This document shows, one piece after another, positions 32,208 to 44,058 of a stretch of 64,000 nucleotides of DNA (its first letter is position 1; every line of letters begins with the position of its first letter). A program made the translations under genes and the position numbers. The stretch comes from Thermoanaerobaculia bacterium (GTDB taxonomy: Bacteria; Acidobacteriota; Thermoanaerobaculia; Multivoradales; Multivoraceae). The stretch covers positions 2,528,001 through 2,592,000 of the forward strand of contig OY762911.1 of NCBI GenBank assembly GCA_963666565.1, in the 5' to 3' direction. Under the pieces are notes generated by a model that saw nothing but the letters and a program-made list of their open reading frames with translations, had not been told where the DNA came from and ran no database searches.

Positions 32208-33059
32208 ATGAGCCGTCTGACACGCGACGAGATACGCCGCGACGAGGTGCGGGAGGCCGTCTTCTCGGCTTCCACCTGGTTCGCGGAACACGTTCGAGAG
32301 ATTCTGGCCGGCGTCGCCGCCGTCATCGCGGTGGTCGTCGGGATCGTGCTGTTCCTGAACTACCGCGAGGGGCAGGAGAAGGAAGCGAGCTACCGGCTCA
32401 GCCGGGCCCTGGAGGTCTACCGGGCGCCGATCGACGAGCCGGCGACGGACGCGATCGACGACCTGTTCGGCACGCCTCCCGACAGCGCTCCCGGCGACGA
32501 GGCGCCGGCCGAACCGGAGGCGGCCGGCGCGGGGAGCGCTGACGGCGACGGCAGCGCCGACGACGACCTCAGCTTCGCATCCGAGGCGGAGCGGCGCTCC
32601 GCGGCGCGGACGGAACTCGAGGCCGTGTGGGAGAGCTACGGCTCGACCACGTCCGGCAGGCTGGCTTCCGTCTACCTGGGCCGGATCGCGGCGGCGGAGG
32701 GGGACACCTCGAAGGCGCGGGAGCTGTGGTCCGGCTATCTCGACTCGGCCGGAAGCGACGATCCGCTGGCCCTCGGCGTCCAACTGAACCTCTACAGCCT
32801 GGACCGGGCGGAGGGGCGGGGCGAGGAACTGGCGGCCGAACTGCGAGGCGCCGTGGCGGCCGAATCGTCGCCGCTGCCCAGGGACGCGCTGCTGTTCGAG
32901 CTGGCCTCCACGCTCGCCCAGCTTGGCGACGAGGAGGGCGCGCGCGAGACCTTCCAGCGCGTCGTCGACGAGTTCCCCGACAGCGGCTACGCGCTTCGCG
33001 CCCGGCGGCAGCTCGGTCCCGAAGCGGGCGGCGCGGCGCCGTTCACCTTCGGCGGCTAG
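32208..33059 (+). CDS. YfgM-like membrane-anchored TPR protein
   Basis: 'RLTRDEIRRDEV', one TM helix, TPR-like helices, 'VVDEFPDS.Y'. GGAGG RBS upstream. Confidence 0.7.
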   Translation: MSRLTRDEIRRDEVREAVFSASTWFAEHVREILAGVAAVIAVVVGIVLFLNYREGQEKEASYRLSRALEVYRAPIDEPATDAIDDLFGTPPDSAPGDEAPAEPEAAGAGSADGDGSADDDLSFASEAERRSAARTELEAVWESYGSTTSGRLASVYLGRIAAAEGDTSKARELWSGYLDSAGSDDPLALGVQLNLYSLDRAEGRGEELAAELRGAVAAESSPLPRDALLFELASTLAQLGDEEGARETFQRVVDEFPDSGYALRARRQLGPEAGGAAPFTFGG

Positions 33060-33081
33060 GGACCCTTCCGGCCTAGGCCCG

Positions 33082-34347
<1,266 letters not shown>

Positions 34348-34383
34348 CGAAGGCCGAAAACGAGACGAAGGTCGGAAGTGACG

Positions 34384-34436
34384 ATGACCCCGAGCATCAG
34401 GAACGAGGAGACCTGCCGTCTCGCACGGGACCTCCA
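34384..34436 (+). pseudogene. 5' fragment of an Rv0623-like VapB antitoxin
   Basis: 'MTPSIRNEETCRLARDL' resembles the family start 'MSLNIKNEETxRLAxEL'. Similarity ends just before the convergent PIN gene. Confidence 0.55.
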
Positions 34437-34444
34437 GGGGGCGG

Positions 34445-34936
34445 TCAACGGAGTTCGTTCAACTCGTCATCCTTGGCGACCGATGGCCAGCCCACTCGTT
34501 CTCCGGGCGCCACGGCGTGGGGGAGCCGCTGCATGGCCGCGTCGAACGTGTAGACGCCGTCCAGCAGTTCGCCGTCGCTTGCGGCGGCCCGGAGGGCCTT
34601 GAAGACGATCAGCGCGTCGGCGAATCCGACTCGCTTGGCCGATCCCGTCTCGCCGGCCACTCCGTCGCCGCGGTAGGCGTGGAGAGCACGCCACACCACC
34701 TCGTCGTCCTCGAAACGGATGCCCGGCTCGCTGAACAGCCGTTCGAGGACGGCCACGAGTTGAGCCTTCCGCAGTCCGTACTTCCTGCCGGAGAGCGTCC
34801 AGACCGCTTCTGCCAGTACGACGTCGGCGATCAGAATCGTCTCGCCGGCAGCGAAGACTGCGGCTGCGCGAGCCCCCTGCTTCTCGTCGTCCTGGAGCAG
34901 ATAGCGGAGCAGGACGCTCGTGTCGACCGCGATCAA
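34445..34936 (-). CDS. PIN-domain VapC family toxin
   Basis: 'IAVDTSVLLRYL', 'VVLAEAVWTL', 'GFADALI', 'YTFD' contain the four acidic PIN residues. TTG start. Confidence 0.85.
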   Translation of the reverse strand: MIAVDTSVLLRYLLQDDEKQGARAAAVFAAGETILIADVVLAEAVWTLSGRKYGLRKAQLVAVLERLFSEPGIRFEDDEVVWRALHAYRGDGVAGETGSAKRVGFADALIVFKALRAAASDGELLDGVYTFDAAMQRLPHAVAPGERVGWPSVAKDDELNELR

Positions 34937-34983
34937 GGCCTCGACGCGTCGAGCGCGCTCCGCAGCGACTCCTCGTCGCTCAT
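34933..34983 (-). pseudogene. 16-codon remnant, probably the 3' end of the cognate antitoxin
   Basis: The MSDEESLRSALDASRP stop overlaps the toxin start (TTGA). There is no room for a full antitoxin before the divergent cinA. Confidence 0.45.
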
Positions 34984-35019
34984 CGCCGGACCGCCGCTGG
35001 CGGGTGCAAGCCACCCGGC

Positions 35020-35025
35020 TACACT
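35020..35025 (+). promoter_or_regulatory. -10 box TACACT, probable leaderless cinA promoter
   Basis: TAnnnT 7 nt before GTG 35033; no SD. Confidence 0.5.
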
Positions 35026-35032
35026 GCGCCCG

Positions 35033-36355
35033 GTGAAGGCTTCGATTCTCGCGGTCGGCGGCGAACTGCTCGGAACGGACCGGCTCGATACGAACTCGCT
35101 GACGCTGACGGAGGTGTTGAGGCGGCGGGGAGTCGACCTCGTCTCGAAGGCCGTCGTCGGCGACGACCCGGTCGAGATCGCGGAGACGCTGGAGGCGCTG
35201 CGGGAGCGGGCGGAGCTGCTGCTCGTGACCGGCGGCCTGGGGCCGACGCGGGACGATCTGACGCGGGACGGCGTTGCCCGGCTGCTGGGCCGGTCCGTCG
35301 CCGTCGACGAAGCGCTGTGGGACCGGATCGAGCGCGGATTCCGCAAGCTCGGGCGGCGCATTCCGCGCGTCAATCGCAAGCAGGCGGAGCGGGTCGACGG
35401 CGCCGAGATGCTGCCGAACCGCGCCGGCGTCGCGCCGGGGCAGCGGATCGAGGACTCGACCCCGGCGCCGCGCGGCACGACGTACTTCCTGTTTCCCGGC
35501 GTGCCGCGGGAGCTTCAAGCCCTCGTCGAGGACGCGCTCGATCCGTGGCTGGCGGCGCGGGCGGAGGACGGCGCCGGCTTCGACCAGGTCGAGGTGCGGG
35601 TCGCGTGCCTGCCGGAGTCGGTCGTCGAGGAGCGGATCGCGCCGGTCTACGAGCGCTTCGGCGACGCGGACGTGTCCGTGCTGGCGCGGCCGGGCGAGAT
35701 CCGGCTGCGGCTGCGCGCCGGCGGGCCCGTCGCGGGGCGGGCGCCGCGGCTCGCGGAGATGGAAGCGGGAGTTCGGGAGGCCCTCGGCGAGGCGGTGTTC
35801 TACGTGGGGCCGATCGAGGACGGCATCGAGTTCGAGGCGGCGGTCGGCGGCCTGCTGGCGGAGCGCGGCGAGACGGTCGCGGTCGCCGAGTCCTGCACTG
35901 GCGGCCAGCTCGGCCAGCGGTTCACGGCGACCGCCGGCAGCAGCGCCTGGTTCGTCGGCGGCCTGCTGACCTACTCGAACAAGCTGAAGATGCGCCTGCT
36001 TGGCGTGCCGCGGGAGACCCTGACGGAACACGGCGCCGTCTCGGGCCCGACCGCGCTGGCGATGGCCGCGGGCGCCCGGGAGCGCTGCGGCAGCGACTAC
36101 GGCGTCGGCATCACCGGCGTCGCGGGTCCGGGCGGCGGCACCGACGAGCGGCCGGTTGGCACGGTCCACATCGCCGTGGCCGGACCGGCGGACTCGCGCT
36201 CGCATTTCGAGGCCCGGTTCCCCGGCGACCGTGCGCGCGTGCGGCAGCTCTCGACCCAGTTCGCGCTTGAGATGCTGCGGCGGATGCTGCTGTCCGGAGC
36301 AGGACCGGCCGACGCCCTGCCCTGGGCGGCGCCGTCGCGGATGGGTCCGCCGTGA
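35033..36355 (+). CDS. cinA: competence/damage-inducible protein A (MoCF-binding domain plus NMN deamidase PncC)
   Basis: 'GGELL..DRLDTNS', 'VTGGLGPTRDDLT', 'FPGVPRE', 'VAESCTGG', 'HGAVS', 'ITGVAGPGGG', 'PVGTV'. Confidence 0.93.
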   Translation: MKASILAVGGELLGTDRLDTNSLTLTEVLRRRGVDLVSKAVVGDDPVEIAETLEALRERAELLLVTGGLGPTRDDLTRDGVARLLGRSVAVDEALWDRIERGFRKLGRRIPRVNRKQAERVDGAEMLPNRAGVAPGQRIEDSTPAPRGTTYFLFPGVPRELQALVEDALDPWLAARAEDGAGFDQVEVRVACLPESVVEERIAPVYERFGDADVSVLARPGEIRLRLRAGGPVAGRAPRLAEMEAGVREALGEAVFYVGPIEDGIEFEAAVGGLLAERGETVAVAESCTGGQLGQRFTATAGSSAWFVGGLLTYSNKLKMRLLGVPRETLTEHGAVSGPTALAMAAGARERCGSDYGVGITGVAGPGGGTDERPVGTVHIAVAGPADSRSHFEARFPGDRARVRQLSTQFALEMLRRMLLSGAGPADALPWAAPSRMGPP

Positions 36356-37023
36356 CGGCAGCCGGCCCGGTTGCGGTCGTCGCGGCCTACCTTCTCGGCT
36401 CGGCGCCGTTCAGCTATCTGGTCGTCCGCGTCCACCGCGGCATCGACGTGCGCACGATCGGAAGCCGCAGCGCCGGCGCCACGAACGTGCTCCGCGCGTC
36501 GGGCAGGTGGGCGGCTCTCCTCGCCCTGCTGCTCGACGCGGCGAAGGGCAGCGCGGCGGTCGTTGCGGCCCGCGCCCTCGACGCCGGGCCCTGGTGGCTC
36601 GCGGCCGCTGCGGTGGCGGCCGTCGTGGGCCACATGTTCCCGCTGTTCCTCGCCTTCCGGGGCGGCAAGGGCGTAGCGACGGCCGCCGGCGTCCTGGCGC
36701 TGCTGCTGCCCTGGGCCGGGCTCGGCGCGCTGGCCGTGTTCGTCGTGCTGGTGGCGTGGAAGCGCTATGTCTCGCTGGGCTCGATCGCGGCGGCGGCGTC
36801 CCTGCCGGTGCTGACGGCGGCTCGCTGGTGGAGCGGCGCGTTCACGGACGCGGACGGTGCGGATCACGGCTTGGCCCTGCTGGCCGGCGTTTCCGCCATC
36901 GCCGTCCTCGTCATCGTCAAGCACCGGACCAACCTGGCGCGGCTGCGGGCGGGCACGGAGTCGCGGCTGGGTGCCGAGTCGCAGCAGGATCCGGAGGCGC
37001 CCGCGCCGGAGGCCTCCGGTTGA
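36352..37023 (+). CDS. plsY: glycerol-3-phosphate acyltransferase PlsY
   Basis: 'AYLLGSAP', 'GS.SAGATNV.R', 'DAAKG', 'GHMFP.F..FRGGKGVAT', 'KHRTNL.RL..GTE'. Confidence 0.93.
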   Translation: MTAAGPVAVVAAYLLGSAPFSYLVVRVHRGIDVRTIGSRSAGATNVLRASGRWAALLALLLDAAKGSAAVVAARALDAGPWWLAAAAVAAVVGHMFPLFLAFRGGKGVATAAGVLALLLPWAGLGALAVFVVLVAWKRYVSLGSIAAAASLPVLTAARWWSGAFTDADGADHGLALLAGVSAIAVLVIVKHRTNLARLRAGTESRLGAESQQDPEAPAPEASG

Positions 37024-38081
37024 CCGGCGCGGGATCCGGCGGCGGCATCGCCGTGCTCGGCGCCGGCGCCTGGGGTACCGCGCTCGCCGTTCACGCGGCG
37101 CGGGCGGGTACGCCGGCGCTGCTCTGGGCGCGCTCCGCCGAGTTCGGCGCCAGGCTGGCTTCCGAGCGGGTGAACGGGCGCTACCTGCCGGGCGTCGAAC
37201 TGCCCGCGGACGTTCGCGTCACCTGGGACCTTCGGCAGGCCGCCGCCAGCGGAACGGTGCTGGTGGTCGTTCCTTCCCACGGCTTCCGGGCCGTCGTCCG
37301 CGCCTTCCTCGACGCCCGAGCCGGCCTGGGCGCCGGCGCTCCGCTGCCCAAGCGGGTGACCCTGGTCTCCGGCGCCAAGGGGATCGAGTCGGACCGCCAG
37401 GGCGGTTTCCGGCGGATGGGCGACGTCTGCGCGGAGGAGGCCTCGGCCGCCGGCGCGGACATCGACTTCGCGACGATCAGCGGCCCGTCGTTCGCCGCGG
37501 AACTCGCCGCCGAGGCGCCGACCGCCTGCGTCGTGGCCTCGGAAGCGGCCGAGGTCGCGGAGCGGTTGCAGGCCGCGCTCTCGCACGAGGCGTTGCGGCT
37601 CTACACGTCGACCGACGTGGTCGGAGTCGAGATCGCCGGTGCGGCGAAGAACGTGATCGCGATCGCCGCCGGGGTGCTGGACGGCCTCGGCTACGGCTCG
37701 AACACGCGCGCGGCGCTCATCACCCGCGGCCTGCACGAGATGATGCGCCTGGGCCTCGCCTGCGGCGGCCGGCCGGCGACCTTCGCCGGGCTTGCCGGTC
37801 TGGGCGACCTGGTGCTGACCTGCACCGGCGGCCTCTCGCGCAACCGGAACACGGGGATGGAGCTGGGGCGCGGCCGCACCCTGGAGGAGATCGAGACGGA
37901 CCGGGCGGGAGTCGCCGAAGGCGTCCGCAACTCGCTCGCCCTGCTCGAACTGGCGGCCGAGAAGGAGGTCGAGTTGCCGATCACGGAACAGATGGTCGAG
38001 ATCCTCTATCGCGGCAAGAAACCGGCGGCGGCGATTCGCGATCTGATGGGTCGGGAACTCAAGGTAGAGTCCGCCCTGTAG
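37020..38081 (+). CDS. gpsA: NAD(P)H-dependent glycerol-3-phosphate dehydrogenase
   Basis: 'GAGAWGTALA', 'KGIE', 'SGPSFA', 'KNVIAIAAG', 'GLGDLVLTC...SRNR', 'EGV'. Confidence 0.95.
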   Translation: MTGAGSGGGIAVLGAGAWGTALAVHAARAGTPALLWARSAEFGARLASERVNGRYLPGVELPADVRVTWDLRQAAASGTVLVVVPSHGFRAVVRAFLDARAGLGAGAPLPKRVTLVSGAKGIESDRQGGFRRMGDVCAEEASAAGADIDFATISGPSFAAELAAEAPTACVVASEAAEVAERLQAALSHEALRLYTSTDVVGVEIAGAAKNVIAIAAGVLDGLGYGSNTRAALITRGLHEMMRLGLACGGRPATFAGLAGLGDLVLTCTGGLSRNRNTGMELGRGRTLEEIETDRAGVAEGVRNSLALLELAAEKEVELPITEQMVEILYRGKKPAAAIRDLMGRELKVESAL

Positions 38082-38163
38082 TGGTCCGCAACCGGTCAGT
38101 CTCCGGCGCGTTCTCCGGTCCTTTACGGCGCCGGATTCGGGAACCGCGGGTCGCTTTCGCCCC

Positions 38164-39729
<1,566 letters not shown>

Positions 39730-39836
39730 GCCGGGCCGCGTAACCGCCGTCCGCGCGCCGGATCGCGGCCAGGAGCCTGCGGGGCAGAAGCGGCGTGCGC
39801 CGGCGTTCCCGCCGGCATCCGGCGCGAGGCGCCGGC

Positions 39837-39842
39837 TAGGAT
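39837..39842 (+). promoter_or_regulatory. -10 box TAGGAT, probable leaderless lgt promoter
   Basis: TAnnnT 6 nt before ATG 39849; no SD. Confidence 0.5.
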
Positions 39843-39848
39843 CGACCC

Positions 39849-40649
39849 ATGATCTCGGAGCTGTTCAGTATCGGGCCGCTGTCGGTCTCGCCCTTCGGCG
39901 TCATGCTCGTCGCGGCGCTGTTCGCGGCCAGTCTGCAGTTGCGCTGGGGGCTCCGCCAGACGGGGTGGAGCCCGGCGAGTGCCGCGGACGACGCGGCGGC
40001 CCTGTTGCTGGCGGGCGCCCTGGGCGGCATCGTCGGCGGCAAGGCCTACTACGCCCTGCTCTACGGCGACTGGCGCCTGCTCTACAGCCGCGCCGGGCTG
40101 GTCTGGTACGGCGGCTTCCTGGTTGGCGCGGCGGCGGTGCTGTTCGTCATGCGGCGCCGCCGGATGCCGGCCTGGCGGGCGGCCGACGCGACGGCGCCCG
40201 CCCTGGCGCTGGGCTACGGCGTGGGCCGCATCGGTTGCCTGCTGGTCGGCGACGACTACGGCGTGCCGACCGATCTGCCCTGGGGAATGACGTTCCCCGA
40301 GGGCCCCATTCCGACGGTGGCGAGCGCCCTGGAGCGGGAGTTCGGGGTCGTGTTGCCGCCGGACACGGCCGCCGACGCCCTGGTTCCGGTGCATCCCACC
40401 CAGATCTACGAGACGGTCGCCGCGCTGCTCATCTTCTGGTTCGGCAGGTCGCTGCTCGCGCGCGGGACGGCGCCGGGCGGCGTGGCGCTCCCGATCGTCG
40501 GGCTGCTGTCGCTGGAGCGCTTCCTGGTCGAGTTCCTGCGCGCCAAGGACGACCGGTTCTTCGGCGCCCTGACGCTGGCGCAGGCGATCGCGGCCGCGAT
40601 CCTGCTCCTCGTCGCTTCGCTATGGCTGCGCCGCCGCCGCGCGTCCTGA
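39849..40649 (+). CDS. lgt: prolipoprotein diacylglyceryl transferase
   Basis: 'GLVWYGG', 'GRIGCLL.GDDYG.PTDLPWG..FP', 'HPTQIYE', 'RFLVEFLR'. Confidence 0.9.
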   Translation: MISELFSIGPLSVSPFGVMLVAALFAASLQLRWGLRQTGWSPASAADDAAALLLAGALGGIVGGKAYYALLYGDWRLLYSRAGLVWYGGFLVGAAAVLFVMRRRRMPAWRAADATAPALALGYGVGRIGCLLVGDDYGVPTDLPWGMTFPEGPIPTVASALEREFGVVLPPDTAADALVPVHPTQIYETVAALLIFWFGRSLLARGTAPGGVALPIVGLLSLERFLVEFLRAKDDRFFGALTLAQAIAAAILLLVASLWLRRRRAS

Positions 40650-41464
40650 CGATCGCCGGTTCCGACTCCGGCGGCTGCTCGGGGGCGCCGGCGGACCTGA
40701 GGACCTTCGCGGCCTACGGGGTTCACGGGTTGTGCGCCCTGACCGCGGTCACCGCGCAGTCCGCCGCGGAGGTGCTCGCGGTCGAACCGCTGGGACCCGA
40801 GCTCGTGCTCGGGCAGCTCGAGGCGGCCGAGGAGATCGGCATCGACGCGATCAAGATCGGCATGCTCGCGGACGCCGCGACCGTCGAGGCGGTGGCCGAC
40901 TGGCTGGAGCGGCTGCCGCCGACGCCCGCCGTGCTCGACCCGGTCTTCCGATCGACCTCCGGAACGGCGCTGCTCGACGCCGAGGCGGTGCCCGTGCTGG
41001 TGGAACGGCTGCTTCCGCAGCTCCTGCTGGTGACGCCGAACCTGTTCGAGGCGGAGCGCCTGAGCGGAGCGAAGATCGCTTCTCTGCAGGAGGCCCGCGA
41101 CGCGGCGCGGCGGATCGAGCGGATGGGCCCCGGCGTTCTGGTCACCGGCGGGCACGGCTTCGCGGCCGCGGCGTCCTCGTCGAACGGCGGCGCCAGCGGC
41201 GGCGAAGTGACCGACCTCCTGTTCGACGGCAACCGCTTCGAGGCGTTCGTCCATCCGAGGATCCGGACGCCGTGGCGGCGGGGCACCGGTTGCACCCTCT
41301 CGGCCGCGGTCGCCGCCGGCCTGGGGTGGCACATGCCGCTGCGCGAGGCGGTGAAGCGGGCGGTCGCCTTCGTCGAGCGCGCGTTGCGGGGTTCCTATCC
41401 GCTGGGACGGAGCGGCGGGCAGGGCGCGCTCGACCCGATGGCGGGCCGTCGCGGCCGCCGGTGA
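40622..41464 (+). CDS. thiD: hydroxymethylpyrimidine/phosphomethylpyrimidine kinase
   Basis: 'VLTIAGSDSGG', 'TAVTAQ', 'IKIGML', 'VLDPV', 'VTPNL.EA', 'GTGCTLSAA'. Confidence 0.9.
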   Translation: MAAPPPRVLTIAGSDSGGCSGAPADLRTFAAYGVHGLCALTAVTAQSAAEVLAVEPLGPELVLGQLEAAEEIGIDAIKIGMLADAATVEAVADWLERLPPTPAVLDPVFRSTSGTALLDAEAVPVLVERLLPQLLLVTPNLFEAERLSGAKIASLQEARDAARRIERMGPGVLVTGGHGFAAAASSSNGGASGGEVTDLLFDGNRFEAFVHPRIRTPWRRGTGCTLSAAVAAGLGWHMPLREAVKRAVAFVERALRGSYPLGRSGGQGALDPMAGRRGRR

Positions 41465-41509
41465 GGCCGGGCTGCCGGAATGCGGCGGGCGGCGCCGGCG
41501 TTGCGCGGG

Positions 41510-41533
41510 GGCAGTCCCCTATAATCGACTGCC
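41510..41533 (+). promoter_or_regulatory. TATAAT -10 box enclosed by a 7-bp inverted repeat (possible operator)
   Basis: GGCAGTC(41510-16)-CCC-TATAAT(41520-25)-C-GACTGCC(41527-33); ATG at 41535. Confidence 0.55.
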
Positions 41534-41534
41534 G

Positions 41535-43307
41535 ATGACCCGATCGCCCTCAGTTCGACCGTCCGTCCTCGCCCTGGCGCTGCTCGCCGGGTCGGTGTCG
41601 ACCGTGCCGGTCCCGGTTGCCGCCCAGGAGACATCCTCCCAGACGCCGCGGGCCGCCTTCGAGGACGCGGTCCACGTCAAGGTGATCAACGTCCAGGTCT
41701 TCGTCCGCGACCGGGAGGGGAATCCCGTGGCCGGCCTGACGAAGGACGACTTCGTCCTCATGGAGGAGAAGCGTCCGGTACCGATCACGAACTTCTACGA
41801 GGTCCACGAGCGGGTCAAGGTGGGCGCGGTCGCCGGCCTGGTACCCGACGAGCCGGAGGTCCACATCATCGACAGGCCCGGCCTCGCTCGCCGGAGCTAC
41901 GTCGTGCCGGAGGACGAGCGGCTGAACCTGGTCGTCTACGTCGACCACCACAACATCCGCCCCCAGAACCGGAACAGGTTCTTCCGCTATGTCCGGGAGT
42001 TCCTGCGCCAGCACGTCACCCGCGACGATCGCGTCATGCTGCTGACCTTCAACCGGTCGGTCAAGGTGGAGCGCGAGTTCACGAGCGATCCGCAGTTGAT
42101 CGCGAACGCCCTCTACGACCTGGAGAAGCACACCGGCGGCCGGACGATGTGGGACTCGGACCGCGCCGACCTGATCCGCGACATCGGCGAGGAGGACCGG
42201 GACTACTACTTCGTCCAGGGGCGGGTGCGGATCTACTCGCAGCAGATCTACAACGACATGCAGTTCACGCTCGACGGGCTGAAGGACAGCGTGATTTCGC
42301 TCGCGGGCCTGCCGGGCCGCAAGGCCTTTCTCTACGTCTCGGACGGGCTGCCGATGCGGGCCGGCGCGGACATGTGGGAGGCGCTCGACCAGCGCGGCCG
42401 CTCGGTCGACTCGATCGAGTACAACCAGAACTTCTTCCTGGATTCGCTCCAGTACGACTCGAGCCGGCGCTTCACCGACCTCGTCGACACGGCGAACGCG
42501 AACGAGGTGTCGTTCTACACGGTCGACGCATCGGGGCCGATGGGCATCAACTCGCGCGACGCCTCGATGCAGGGCATGGCGTTCTCGTCGAACATCGACT
42601 CGGTCGCCCGGGACAACATGCACTCGTCCGTCATGTACATGGCGGAGGAGACCGGCGGCCAGTACATCGTCAACACGAACAACTTCCGCGACGGCCTGAA
42701 CCGGATCGCCCTGGACTTCGCCAGCTACTACTCGCTCGGCTTCCAGCCCGGCCACGCGGGGACGGGCCGCAGGTACCGGATCAAGGTCGAGCTCACGGAG
42801 GAGGCGAAGGAGCGGCTGGGCCTCAAGCGCGACCGCTTCGTCCGGCACCGGCTGAGCTATCGCGACAAGTCGGTCGACACGGAGATGACCGAGGGAACCC
42901 TGGCGGCGCTCAAGCTCGGCTACGAGAAGAACGACCTCGACATCAAGCTGATCAAGTCGGACGAGATCCGCCGCGAAGAGCGGGGGCTCTACACGGTCCA
43001 CCTCGACGTCCAGGTGCCGATCGGCGAGATGACCCTGGTACCGGTGGGGACCGAGGGCGAGCACCTCCTGCGCGCCCGCATCTGGGTGCAGGCCCTGGCT
43101 TCGAACGGCGACATCTCGCCGCCCCAGGTGGAGCCCTTCGAGCTGACGATTCCGGCGAAGGACCTGGACCGCGCGATGGAGAGCTTCTACACGTACACCC
43201 TGCCGCTGATCATGAAGGAGGGCGACCAACGCCTGACGGTGGCGGTGCGGGACGAAGTGGCCGGCCAGACCTCCTTCGTCACCCGGACCCTGCGTGTCGG
43301 CGCCTGA
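41535..43307 (+). CDS. secreted VWA-domain protein (VWFA-related acidobacterial type)
   Basis: Signal peptide, 'NVQVFVRDREGNPVAGLTKDDF', 'LPGRKA.LYVSDG', 'AEETGG', 'YYSLGF'. Confidence 0.8.
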   Translation: MTRSPSVRPSVLALALLAGSVSTVPVPVAAQETSSQTPRAAFEDAVHVKVINVQVFVRDREGNPVAGLTKDDFVLMEEKRPVPITNFYEVHERVKVGAVAGLVPDEPEVHIIDRPGLARRSYVVPEDERLNLVVYVDHHNIRPQNRNRFFRYVREFLRQHVTRDDRVMLLTFNRSVKVEREFTSDPQLIANALYDLEKHTGGRTMWDSDRADLIRDIGEEDRDYYFVQGRVRIYSQQIYNDMQFTLDGLKDSVISLAGLPGRKAFLYVSDGLPMRAGADMWEALDQRGRSVDSIEYNQNFFLDSLQYDSSRRFTDLVDTANANEVSFYTVDASGPMGINSRDASMQGMAFSSNIDSVARDNMHSSVMYMAEETGGQYIVNTNNFRDGLNRIALDFASYYSLGFQPGHAGTGRRYRIKVELTEEAKERLGLKRDRFVRHRLSYRDKSVDTEMTEGTLAALKLGYEKNDLDIKLIKSDEIRREERGLYTVHLDVQVPIGEMTLVPVGTEGEHLLRARIWVQALASNGDISPPQVEPFELTIPAKDLDRAMESFYTYTLPLIMKEGDQRLTVAVRDEVAGQTSFVTRTLRVGA

Positions 43308-43369
43308 CCGGCGCGCGAGCGTTCCCCGGCGATGAAGCCGGACGCGGCCGTTCCGAGGTCCCGCCGCCC

Positions 43370-43840
43370 ATGACCAACAAGATCGTCGAGGCCGTCGCAA
43401 CCCTCAGCGGACTGGGAGGCGCGCTGGCGCGGTCGGCGACGGCGCTGCTGGAGGCGGAGATCGAGCAGCTTCGCTTCGACCTGGCGCGGAACTGGGCACG
43501 CCTCGTCCGGCTCGTTCTGATCGCGGCCTTCGCCTTCGGCGTCGTATTCTGGGCGCTCGGCGCCCTGCTGTTCGCGGCGGGGGCCGGTCTGGCGACCGTG
43601 CTTCCGGCGTGGGCGGCGGCGCTGGCGGTGGCCGGCGGCCTCCTGGCGCTGGCGCTCGTCCTGCTGCTGGCGGTGCGGGCGCGGTTCCGCCGCCTCGAGT
43701 CGCCGGTGGGAACCGTCAAGCGGCGCGTCGGCAGCCACCTGGCGTTCTGGCGCGGAGTCCTGGACGACGCGGCCGGCCGGGACGGAGAAGGCGGCGAGGC
43801 GGGCGAGGCCGCCGACGACTCGCCGGGAGGGGCGCCGTGA
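43370..43840 (+). CDS. YqjE-like two-TM membrane protein (phage-holin 3/6 superfamily)
   Basis: 'LL.AEIE.LR.DL', two hydrophobic helices, 'P..WAAAL.V', 'P..TV'. Confidence 0.65.
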   Translation: MTNKIVEAVATLSGLGGALARSATALLEAEIEQLRFDLARNWARLVRLVLIAAFAFGVVFWALGALLFAAGAGLATVLPAWAAALAVAGGLLALALVLLLAVRARFRRLESPVGTVKRRVGSHLAFWRGVLDDAAGRDGEGGEAGEAADDSPGGAP

Positions 43841-44058
43841 GCCGGCGGTCCGAGGCCTTGGCGCGGGCGGCGGCGCTGGCGCGCCGGCGGGACGACGTCC
43901 GCGAGGCGGTGGCGGAGATGAGAGGCGCCCTCGACCGGGCGGGCGGCTCTCGTCTGGCGGCGTTTCCCGTCAAGGGCGGGGCCTGGATCCTGCCGCTCGC
44001 GGCCGGCGCACTCGGCATCGCCATCGCGTGGTCGCTGCGGCGACGCCGGAGAAGGTGA
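43837..44058 (+). CDS. small membrane protein, YqjK-like
   Basis: GTGA overlaps at both ends; N-terminal helix, C-terminal TM segment and poly-Arg tail. Confidence 0.5.
   Translation: MSRRSEALARAAALARRRDDVREAVAEMRGALDRAGGSRLAAFPVKGGAWILPLAAGALGIAIAWSLRRRRRR

Noticed and set aside
43370-43840. Holin-family gene as evidence of a prophage
   Set aside because: YqjE-like proteins are commonly chromosomal, and there are no phage genes nearby.
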